IMG/VR virus record: IMGVR_UViG_3300017702_000289
Coordinates: 1 to 36,206 of that record
Source of the DNA: a virus
Lineage: Duplodnaviria > Caudoviricetes
Length of the DNA stretch: 36,206 nucleotides
Reading direction: 5' to 3' (one strand)
In this document: positions 25,033 through 33,900 of the stretch, one piece after another
Layout of the letters: each line of letters begins with the position of its first letter
Numbering within the stretch: position 1 is the first letter of the stretch
Position numbers and translations under genes: made by a program
Notes under the pieces: generated by a model
Database searches by the model: none
What the model saw: only the letters and a program-made list of their open reading frames with translations
What the model was told of the DNA's origin: nothing

Positions 25033-27813
25033 ATGACCAAAACCATTCAATCGAGTATGTCTGGCGGGGAAGTGTCCCCCGCCATTGGTGCTCGCGTCGA
25101 CATCGCGAAGTACAAGTCTAGCCTTGAGACGTGTGAAAACGCATTCGTTCAGGTTCATGGCGGCGTCTCTAATCGCCCCGGACTTGAGTACATCGCAGAG
25201 TGCGTCAGCGGGACGTTGGCGACACGGCTGATCCCGTTCGAGTTCAACACCGAGCAGACATACATCCTTGAGTTTGGAAACCTGTACATGCGCGTCGTCA
25301 AGGATGGCGAGCAGGTTCTGACCGGGACTGCTAAAACCATAACAGGTGTAACCGCTGCCGACCCCGGCGTCGTCACTGCAGCCAGCCACGGGTTCAGCGA
25401 CGGCGACGACGTTTACATAACCGGTGTGCTCGGCATGACCGAGCTGAACGGGCGAACCCTGCGCGTCGCGAACAAGGCGACAAACACGTTCGAGCTGAAC
25501 GACTACGATGGGAACAACATCGACACGTCCAGCTCCACCGCCTACAGCAGCGCGGGCACCGCCGAGGCGGTCTACGAGGTCGTCACGCCATACACCACTG
25601 CGCAGGTCTTCGACATCAAGTTCACCCAGTCGGCTGACGTGCTGACGATTACGCACCCCTCCCATGAGCCGGCGGAGCTGACGCGGACAGGCGACGCCGC
25701 CTTCACGCTGACCGACATCACGTTCACCCCGGAGCAGACGTTCCCGACCGGCGTGACCGTCGGCGCGAATACCACAGGTTCCGTGACTGAGCGATATGTC
25801 GTCACTGCCGTGAACGAGGACGATGCCGAGGAAAGCCTGATAGGCATCGCCGCCGGCACCTCCATCACCGCTATCACGTCGGCCACGCCGCCGGTCGTGA
25901 CGGCAGCGTCGCACGGCCTGACCAACCTCGACGAGATCGAGATACAGGGCGTCACCGGCATGACCGAGGTCAACAACCTACGCTTCAAAGTCGCAAGCAA
26001 GACCACGAACACCTTCGAACTGCAGAGTTTGAGCCGGGTCGATATCGTCGGCGCAAGTTACACCGCCTATAGTGCCAATGGCACCGTCTACCCATGCTAC
26101 GACAAGATCACGAACGGCGCGGCGACCAAAGACAATACCATCACATGGACCGCCGCCACCGGGGCGATCAGCTACAACATCTACCGTGAGAAGGACGGTA
26201 TCTTTGGCTTTGTCGGGCGCAGCGAGATCGACAGCTTCACCGACAATAACATCGACGCTGACCTCGAAGACACGCCGCCCAAGTTCCGCAACCCGTTCAC
26301 CGGCACCGATAACTTCCCGTCGGTCGTCAGTTATTTCCAACAGCGCAGGGTGTTTGCCAACAGCAACAATTACAAACAGCGGATATGGCTGACGCAAACC
26401 GCGAACCACAACAACCTCGGCGTCTCCTCTCCGACCAAGGACGACGACGCCATCACCGTGACCATCGCCAGCCTGCAGGTCAACGAGATCAGGCACGTTG
26501 TGCAGCTCCGCGAGCTGATCGTGTTGACGTCCGGCGGTGAGTGGCTCGCCCAAGGTGTCGACGGTGTCGTGACGCCGACCACCTTCCAGATCGAGCCGCA
26601 GACGTACTATGGCGTCGAGCAGCTCCCCCCGATCACGGCAGGCGATGTCGTCATCTACATGCAGCCGGGTTGGACCGTCCGAGATTTGGGCTACAAGTTC
26701 GAGACCGACAGTTACAACGGCAACGACATCTCGATCCTCGCCCGGCACATGTTCGACGACTACACCTTCGCGGACTGGGCCTACGCGCAAGCTCCGCACT
26801 CGATCATCTGGGCCGTGCGCAGCGACGGTGTCGCCCTATCCTTGACGTATGTCAGAGAGCAGGAAATCTTCGCGTGGAGCCGTCATGTAACCGACGGCGA
26901 TTTCAAGAGTGTCGCCTCTGTGCGGGAGGACGACGATGACTTCATGTACGCCATCGTCCAGCGCAAGATCGGCACGCGCACCCGTCAGTACATCGAGCGG
27001 CTACACGATCACGACTTCACCAATGTCCAAGACGCGTTCTTCGTCGATAGCGGTCTATCTCTCGATGTTCCGATCACGATCACCGGCTACACTCAGGCCA
27101 ACCCCGTCGTCATAACGGCGGCCGCCCACGGCCTCAGCAACGCCGATACCATCGACATCAATGGTATCTACGCCGTGGACACCGGGGTTGATCAGGGCCG
27201 GTCTCCGTCGACCGAGGTCGATGGCATCGGCTACACCGTCGCAAACAAAACTACGAACACCTTCGAGCTGCAGCTCAACGGCGTGGACGTGGACGGCAGT
27301 TCCTTCATGGCATACGACAGCGGGGGCGTCGTTCGTAAGGCGGTGACCTCGGTCGGCGGCCTCTGGCATCTGGAAGGGAAGTCGGTCGTCGGTCTGGCCA
27401 ACGGGTACGTCACCGGGGCGCTGACCGTCACCAACGGAACAGTGACGCTGCCCAACGCAGCCAGCCGCGTTCACATCGGTCTCAATTACACCGCGACCAT
27501 CAAGACGCTGCGACCGGACAACGCCAACCCGATCGACACCGTGCAGGCCAGAAACAAGAAGCCGACCCGGCTGACTTTGCGCCTTGAGGACACCATGGGG
27601 CTGCACCATGGGCCTGACCTGACGCACCTCAGAGCGGCTAAATTCGGGCTTCCTCTCTTGTACGGGCAGGAGCTGTCCATGGTCACCGGCGATAAGAACG
27701 TCACCCTGTCTCCGAGCTGGAACAAGAACGGCCAGATCGTCATCCAGCAACAAGACCCGCTGCCGATGACACTGCTCAGCATCATCTCCGACGTTCTGGT
27801 TGGGGGCAACTGA
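25033..27813 (+). CDS. tail tubular protein B / nozzle with three FCCH-like inserted domains
   Basis: S..GGE.SP, GG..NRPG, RLIPFEF, Q.AD, F.QR..F, AWSRH.T.G, HIGL.Y, Q..PLP.T. Confidence 0.9.
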   Translation: MTKTIQSSMSGGEVSPAIGARVDIAKYKSSLETCENAFVQVHGGVSNRPGLEYIAECVSGTLATRLIPFEFNTEQTYILEFGNLYMRVVKDGEQVLTGTAKTITGVTAADPGVVTAASHGFSDGDDVYITGVLGMTELNGRTLRVANKATNTFELNDYDGNNIDTSSSTAYSSAGTAEAVYEVVTPYTTAQVFDIKFTQSADVLTITHPSHEPAELTRTGDAAFTLTDITFTPEQTFPTGVTVGANTTGSVTERYVVTAVNEDDAEESLIGIAAGTSITAITSATPPVVTAASHGLTNLDEIEIQGVTGMTEVNNLRFKVASKTTNTFELQSLSRVDIVGASYTAYSANGTVYPCYDKITNGAATKDNTITWTAATGAISYNIYREKDGIFGFVGRSEIDSFTDNNIDADLEDTPPKFRNPFTGTDNFPSVVSYFQQRRVFANSNNYKQRIWLTQTANHNNLGVSSPTKDDDAITVTIASLQVNEIRHVVQLRELIVLTSGGEWLAQGVDGVVTPTTFQIEPQTYYGVEQLPPITAGDVVIYMQPGWTVRDLGYKFETDSYNGNDISILARHMFDDYTFADWAYAQAPHSIIWAVRSDGVALSLTYVREQEIFAWSRHVTDGDFKSVASVREDDDDFMYAIVQRKIGTRTRQYIERLHDHDFTNVQDAFFVDSGLSLDVPITITGYTQANPVVITAAAHGLSNADTIDINGIYAVDTGVDQGRSPSTEVDGIGYTVANKTTNTFELQLNGVDVDGSSFMAYDSGGVVRKAVTSVGGLWHLEGKSVVGLANGYVTGALTVTNGTVTLPNAASRVHIGLNYTATIKTLRPDNANPIDTVQARNKKPTRLTLRLEDTMGLHHGPDLTHLRAAKFGLPLLYGQELSMVTGDKNVTLSPSWNKNGQIVIQQQDPLPMTLLSIISDVLVGGN

Positions 27814-28259
27814 TGGTTAGAGACCTGCATATAGCCGACACCCCCCGCCTTCTTGAGATCGCGGAGCTGATGCACGGCGAGAGCGTGTACAAGGCGTATC
27901 CGCTGAACCTGCACAGGACGAAGTTTATCCTCGAAGACCTGATCCATAACGAGGGCGTCTACTCAGTAGGCGTCACCGTCGGAGGGGAGCTGGTCGGGGT
28001 GTTTCTCGGCGAGGTCTCCACCGATCTGTGGGCGGACGTGCAGGTAGCGCGGGATATAGTCCTGTATTTGGTTCCAGAGCACCGAGGCGGCGGGCATGGC
28101 GTCCGTCTGTTAAAAGGCTTTAAGAAGTGGGCCGAACCGATCTCGAACGTCGTGGTTATTTCGGTCTTCGCCGGCATCGACAATGAGAAGATGGCGGCCC
28201 TGCTGGGCAGGATGGGCTATAGCGACGCAGGGTCGCTGCATATACGGAGGGCTGCATAA
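27813..28259 (+). CDS. GNAT acetyltransferase-like protein
   Basis: LYLVPEHRGGGHG.RL acetyl-CoA loop and RMGY; position equivalent to T7 gp13. Confidence 0.85.
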   Translation: MVRDLHIADTPRLLEIAELMHGESVYKAYPLNLHRTKFILEDLIHNEGVYSVGVTVGGELVGVFLGEVSTDLWADVQVARDIVLYLVPEHRGGGHGVRLLKGFKKWAEPISNVVVISVFAGIDNEKMAALLGRMGYSDAGSLHIRRAA

Positions 28260-28792
28260 TGTGTACCGGTATCGGTATCTCGATTGCGGCCTCCGCCGCC
28301 AGCGGGCTGATGGCGGCGGTGTCCGCAATGCAGCAGTCGCAGGCGCGGCAGGCTCAGGCCAACTACCAAGCGGCGGTCGCCCGCAATAATGCCATTACAG
28401 CGCGGCAGACGGCTGACGCGATCGTCGCGCGGGGTAAGATCGCCGAGCAGGATCATCGCCGGAAGATCAAGCAAGCCAAGGGCACGGCTAAGGTGTTCCA
28501 AGCCGCCAACGGTTTCCTCGTCGATGACAGTACGGACAGCACCAACGTGCAGCTCGTCGCTGACATCGCGGAGCTGGGCGAGCTGGACATTCTACGAATA
28601 CGAGATAACGTGGCGCTGGAGGAGCGCCGGTCGTTGATCCAAGGTGTAAACTTCCAAGCGCAGGCTGGCCTGTTCGACGCGAAGGCGGGCGACGAGAACC
28701 CCTTACTCGCCGGAGCTGGCTCGCTGCTATCGGGTGCGGCGTCCACCTTCACCACGGCCAAGACGCTCGGCTTCAAGTTCAGCACCGAATAA
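28259..28792 (+). CDS. internal virion (ejection) protein, gp14-like
   Basis: MC start, Ala/Gly hydrophobic N-terminus, YQA.VA.NNA, AANG..VD. Confidence 0.8.
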   Translation: MCTGIGISIAASAASGLMAAVSAMQQSQARQAQANYQAAVARNNAITARQTADAIVARGKIAEQDHRRKIKQAKGTAKVFQAANGFLVDDSTDSTNVQLVADIAELGELDILRIRDNVALEERRSLIQGVNFQAQAGLFDAKAGDENPLLAGAGSLLSGAASTFTTAKTLGFKFSTE

Positions 28793-28802
28793 AGGACATG
28801 CC

Positions 28803-30929
28803 ATGCCAAGAGTGCCGACGACAGCAGAACAGAGTGGGCGTAACCAGATAGGGGGCGTCGGCGTCGCCACAAATGTGTCCACGCCATTCCAGAACCTGCA
28901 GGCACCGCTCCTCGATGGATCAGCGCGGACGCTCGGCCAGCTGGCCAAGTCCGTCCAGCAGGTAAGCACCGCCGTCGCCGACTTCCAACTGGCAGAAAGT
29001 AAGCGCGACCTCACAAGGTTTGACGCCGCCGCCACTGTTCTGCGCAGCCGGTATGAGGAGCAGGTAAAAGAGGCCAAGGGGCAAGCTCGCCTCGACCTCA
29101 TACGAGGGGGCGCTCCGATCGACGCAGCCGACGAGGCACTACCGCTGCAGGATCAATACACCGCCGACCTCGAACGGTTGCGCCAGCAATTCGCGGGCAG
29201 GTTCTCAGCTGATGATGAACTGGCCGTCGATATGTTTTCTCTGAAGTCCCGGCAGCAGTTCCAAGTGTTTCAGAACTCACAGGGGAACACGGCGCAGGAT
29301 GTAGTCGACGCGCAGATGATGGACGCGAAGATCGCCACGGCGTCCAAGATGGCTGTCGACAGCCTGCAATACATCTGGGAGCTTGGGGGTGAGAGTGTTA
29401 AGCGGCGGAACGCGGCGTACAACTCCGCCGACGCTGCAGTTTTGGACGGTGACATCGGACAAGCAGTCAAGCGGGGCCTCGACCCTAATTCGAGCGACCC
29501 ACAGATTAAGGCTATCGTCGAAGGCTTGGTTCAAAAACAGCGGGGCGTTGTCACAGCCGCGATGGTCGACAGCCTTCTTGCGGAGGGGAAAGAGCGGAAG
29601 GCTTCCGATCTGATCGCGTTCGAGACCGGGCCAGACGGCCACATAACGGACCCTGCCGTCATCAGCCAGCTGACCGCCAAGCTGCTGCCGTATCGTGAGG
29701 ATATGCAGGCGCAGAAAAACTACGCCGCGTTGGTAAAAGCCACGCCGCCGGGGCCGTCTGGTACGCCGTCTCTCGCCAGCATGGCAAGGGCAATTGCCGC
29801 CGAGCCAGATCGCCGCAAGCGCGCCGGCCTGGAGAGCCAGCACGCTAAGTACAAGGCAGTCATCTCCGCTGAGCGGAACGAGAAGATCGCCGTCGAGACG
29901 CAATTGGCGCTGCAGGCGGTCGCTGCGCAGCAGCGTATAACGCCGCAAATGATACCGACGATCTGGCTGGACAACCCCATCTTTGCCAAGATGCTCACCG
30001 AGGGCGGGGGGTTCGCTAATCCACAGACGAGCGTCGACGCCGCCAGCCAAGCCAACTGGGAGGCACCCGGCAGCGGGGGAGGCAGGACGTTCAATCGCAG
30101 TGTCGATATCATGATGACCAACCTGCAGCAGTCCAACCCATCGGAGTGGCTGGCCGTCGTTGAAAAGGGAAGCTTGAAGGGCTTGATCAACTTGGCGCAG
30201 GACACCGGCTACAGAAGGCAGGTCGCGGCGACCCGCATGAAGGTTGACAATGTGCGGTCTGAACAGCGGGTCAATCTGAACCAGATATTGACCGACATAG
30301 GGGTTACGCAGAAGCTCGCTCGAACGCAGACCATAACCACATTCGGCGCTACTCTGTCCGCTGCTGTGAACAGCGTCAGGACACCCGCTCTCAATGCCGG
30401 CACCAAGCCCGCCTACAACGACATAAAAGCAGCTGTTGCCCGCGAACTTATAAAAGTGCGCACCGATGTGGGGATTTTCGCCGACACCTATAATCATGCA
30501 GCCTCGACCGAGGTCGCCGCGCTGGGTGGCGATCCTTTCGACATGCGCCTAGACGACACGATGGAGAACGCCGAGTATATTGCCTCCGCCCTTGGCGTCG
30601 ACACGCCAGTGGCCGCGCAGGCCATGGCTTCCGTAATAGCGGAGGATCGCACGCTCAAGGGCATCGCAAAGCATTTGAATAAGGCGCTGCCGGCTGACCC
30701 CGCGTCCGAGGTGATCCAATTTGATAACACTCTCCACACGCTGGCCGTCGAGCAGGGCCTGCCTTCTGGCTTCATCGAGTTCCTTCTGCACAGCGGCAAG
30801 AAGTCGGATGGCAGTCGGTACAAGCGGACGCCTGCCGACCTCATTAGCGTTATGCAAGGCTGGGAGAAGCGGCTCCCAAAAGGCCTTACCAAGGATGCGG
30901 TGATGCAGATATGGATGAGGTCGAGGTAG
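28803..30929 (+). CDS. internal virion (ejection) protein, gp15-like
   Basis: AAGGA RBS, MPRVPT start, helical Ala/Gln-rich composition, synteny. Confidence 0.7.
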   Translation: MPRVPTTAEQSGRNQIGGVGVATNVSTPFQNLQAPLLDGSARTLGQLAKSVQQVSTAVADFQLAESKRDLTRFDAAATVLRSRYEEQVKEAKGQARLDLIRGGAPIDAADEALPLQDQYTADLERLRQQFAGRFSADDELAVDMFSLKSRQQFQVFQNSQGNTAQDVVDAQMMDAKIATASKMAVDSLQYIWELGGESVKRRNAAYNSADAAVLDGDIGQAVKRGLDPNSSDPQIKAIVEGLVQKQRGVVTAAMVDSLLAEGKERKASDLIAFETGPDGHITDPAVISQLTAKLLPYREDMQAQKNYAALVKATPPGPSGTPSLASMARAIAAEPDRRKRAGLESQHAKYKAVISAERNEKIAVETQLALQAVAAQQRITPQMIPTIWLDNPIFAKMLTEGGGFANPQTSVDAASQANWEAPGSGGGRTFNRSVDIMMTNLQQSNPSEWLAVVEKGSLKGLINLAQDTGYRRQVAATRMKVDNVRSEQRVNLNQILTDIGVTQKLARTQTITTFGATLSAAVNSVRTPALNAGTKPAYNDIKAAVARELIKVRTDVGIFADTYNHAASTEVAALGGDPFDMRLDDTMENAEYIASALGVDTPVAAQAMASVIAEDRTLKGIAKHLNKALPADPASEVIQFDNTLHTLAVEQGLPSGFIEFLLHSGKKSDGSRYKRTPADLISVMQGWEKRLPKGLTKDAVMQIWMRSR

Positions 30930-33900
30930 ATGGCCGACGGATTTGATTTTGGCACGGCCCCGGAGACGCCGGAAGCGTTGTCTGTAGCACCGGATACGGC
31001 ATCCGACGCCGGGGTCTCTCAGTTCGACCCGCTGCTGCCGCCCGAGATATCCAAGCATCTCAAGAGTTTTGGTTCCGGGGTCGGCAACGACCTTGAAACC
31101 AAAACCCTTGAGATGGCTCCGGCAGCTACGGACGAGCTGCCCGACATCGAGACGGCTACGTTCGACTTCGACGCGCCCCCGCTGCCACCGATAGACCCAG
31201 TGGCGCAACTCAGAGCGAGCCAACAGCTCCAGACACCACAGTTTGACGCCGAGGGCGTACCCGTGCCCGGCAGTATCGCCGAGGAGCGGGGGCTAAAGCA
31301 GGCGGCGGAGAGCCGCGCGGTGATGCAGAACTTCGATCTGACTGCAGACATCGATGGCAATTTGCTGGCGCTCAGCAGGCACGTCGCCGACACCGTTGGC
31401 GGCTTCACCATGGTCGAAGACGAGAACGGTAATCTGGTTAAGCGGTATCTCAGAATGACGCCTGAGATGGTGCAGACCATGCACCCGTCTCAGCTCAAGG
31501 TGATGCTGGAGCGTCAGGACGTCCAGCTCGCGTTGAAGGTCGACAGCGTTGTGCGTAAGCGGCTGGCTGAAGACGCCGAGATGATGGCGATCTTCCGGGG
31601 GGAAATCCCTATCCTGCTGGCAGCCGAGGGGGCGATGGCCACCAGCCAGCGCCTCAAGGGACTAGGCCCCAAAGGGGAGCGGTCGCAGACGCCTTTCCAA
31701 GAGGTCACGGGCCTCGTCGTGGACGACACGATGGGCGTCATCGCGGGTATAGGCAACGCCATCAAGCGCGGCAATCTAATGCAGGGCGCGGCCAAAGACG
31801 TCGCCGACGCATTCACCTTCTTGGAGCTGGGCGAAACCGAAGACGCCGTCCAGCAGCTCATGGAGGCTGCTGCAGCCATGAAGACGGCGGGCGGGCTGAA
31901 GCGGTCCGATCTGGCGAACGAGATGCTCGATCTGATCAAGAAGCTGGACAAGCTGGAGTTCGGTGAGGGCCTCGCTGAGCTGACGGTGATGATCAAGGAG
32001 AACCCCGCCGAGGCCGCTGTTCTGATCAACGAGGTTATGGCAGAGCAAATTCAACCCCTGCTGCTGTCCGCCGCCGCGACTGCAGTTGGAACCCCAGTTG
32101 CCGGCGTCGCTGTCAACATGGCGACGACGTTCGCCCAAGAGCAGTTCGCTTTCTCCGACGAGGCGCTCAAGAACATCAAGGACAAGCACGGCTACGATCT
32201 AAATACAGAGAAAGGTATCCGGGACTTTGTCGCCGACGAGGCGGCGAAGCAAGACTTTCTGGCGTTCGGCGTCAAGCGCGCCATCCCGATCACGGCTGCG
32301 CAGGCGGCCAGCTTCGGGCTGCTGCGTGTGCTGGCCCGCGCCAACGTCGCCCGCACCGTCAAGGTAGCGACGGCGCTGGCCGGCGAGGTCGCCACTGAAG
32401 GTTCCGCTGAATGGCTCGCGCAGATGTGGTCGAAAGGTCACTACCTGCTGAGCGATGTGGTTCTCGAAGCCATGGCGAGCGGTCACCCTGTCACCGTGGG
32501 CCTCGAAGCATATGTGTCCGGCGCGGCTGACCTCAACGACTTCCGGCAGGCGAAGGCGGTCAAGGTCTGGCTGGAGAGCGGCAAGGCCACGTCGGAAGAG
32601 ATCAAAGGCATCCCGACCGAGAAGCTGTCGGCGGCGGCGGACGTGCTGGCCGATAAGCTTAGGGCGGAGGGCATCGAGCGCGTCTTCATACCCGCTGACC
32701 AGCTCGTAGGCTTCGATCAGGACGGCAGTGTCACCGAGACACTCGGCCTGACCAGCGAGGCCGTCAGGCAGGCAGCAGCGGCGGGGCAGGACGTCTCCAT
32801 AGACGCCGCCACCTACATCCGTCACATCCTCGGCGCGGACGGCTTCGATGCACTGCAGCGCCATACCCGGTTCGACGAGGCCGGCATGACCGCCGCCGAG
32901 GCGGAAGCCTACGAAGCCGACGACGTTGGCGGCCAAATTCAAGAGCAGATGCGCCAGCTGGCACTGCAGCGGGTTGGGGTCGGCGTCCATATCGACGAGG
33001 CGTCGCTCACCCAGCTCAACGAGGACAGCGAAAGCATCCGGGGGCAGGTCAGGGACGCGCTGGAGGCGACCGGCGTCTACACCGGTGCCAAGGCCGATCT
33101 ATTCGCCCAGATCACCGCCCAGCGGTACGCGACGCGCGCTGTGCGCCATACTGAGGCCACAGGGCAGCCCGTGGACGCGATGTCGCTGTTCTTGGCTGAC
33201 AATCTACAGGTACAGGGTGACGCCGCTGTGCAGGCCGCTCAGGGCTTCGAGCAGTTTGACCAAGACAACGAAGGACGGGCAGAGGGGGACTTCTCTCCTG
33301 AGCACGTCGATCTCCTTGAGAGCCTAGAGGATGTATCTGTCGATGACGCCTTCTTCAACTTCGACGAGGATTTCGAGGACAAGGCTTTTTGGATCACGCC
33401 GGGGGGTAAGATAGTCGCTGCTGAACGCCCCGGTGTTCACGCGCATCTGGTTCGAGAGATCGCACCTGAGTTGGTCAGGGGTGCATCACAAGACCAGATA
33501 GCTGACAACTTTATGAACGACACAGGGGCCATCCGCTTTGTAGCACTGAATGATGACAGCGGTGCTCCGGCAGAGCTGTTCTTGAAGATGCACGATAAGA
33601 AGTTAACACAGGAGCAACGCCGCACCATAGGGAAGATGGTAAACCAAAGCGCGGATGGCGTGCAGGTTATAGCGGAACGGTTCGATGTGGACAACGGCAC
33701 CGTGGTTTTGTCCGAGCAGTTGAGCGGCAGGGACGCTAAAGGTGCCCTACACGCAGGGAGACGAGGCGAAGGCGCAGTATTTAATCAAGACGCGGAGCAC
33801 AGTCTGGCATCCGCCCAGCGGCTCTTGAAGGACGACATCGCCGCCCTTGGACTGACCGAGGAGCAAGCCGCCAAGATCAGCCCGATCTACCGGCCAGAGG

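Noticed and set aside
18882-30929. Diversity-generating retroelement, suggested by the BPP-1-like structural genes
   Set aside because: No reverse transcriptase or TR/VR pair recognised in the window; tail-fibre genes lie outside it
32706-32720. GTAGGCTTCGATCAG (VGFDQ), similar to the module junction motif
   Set aside because: Lies inside the apparently continuous N-terminal region with no change in composition; treated as probably coincidental
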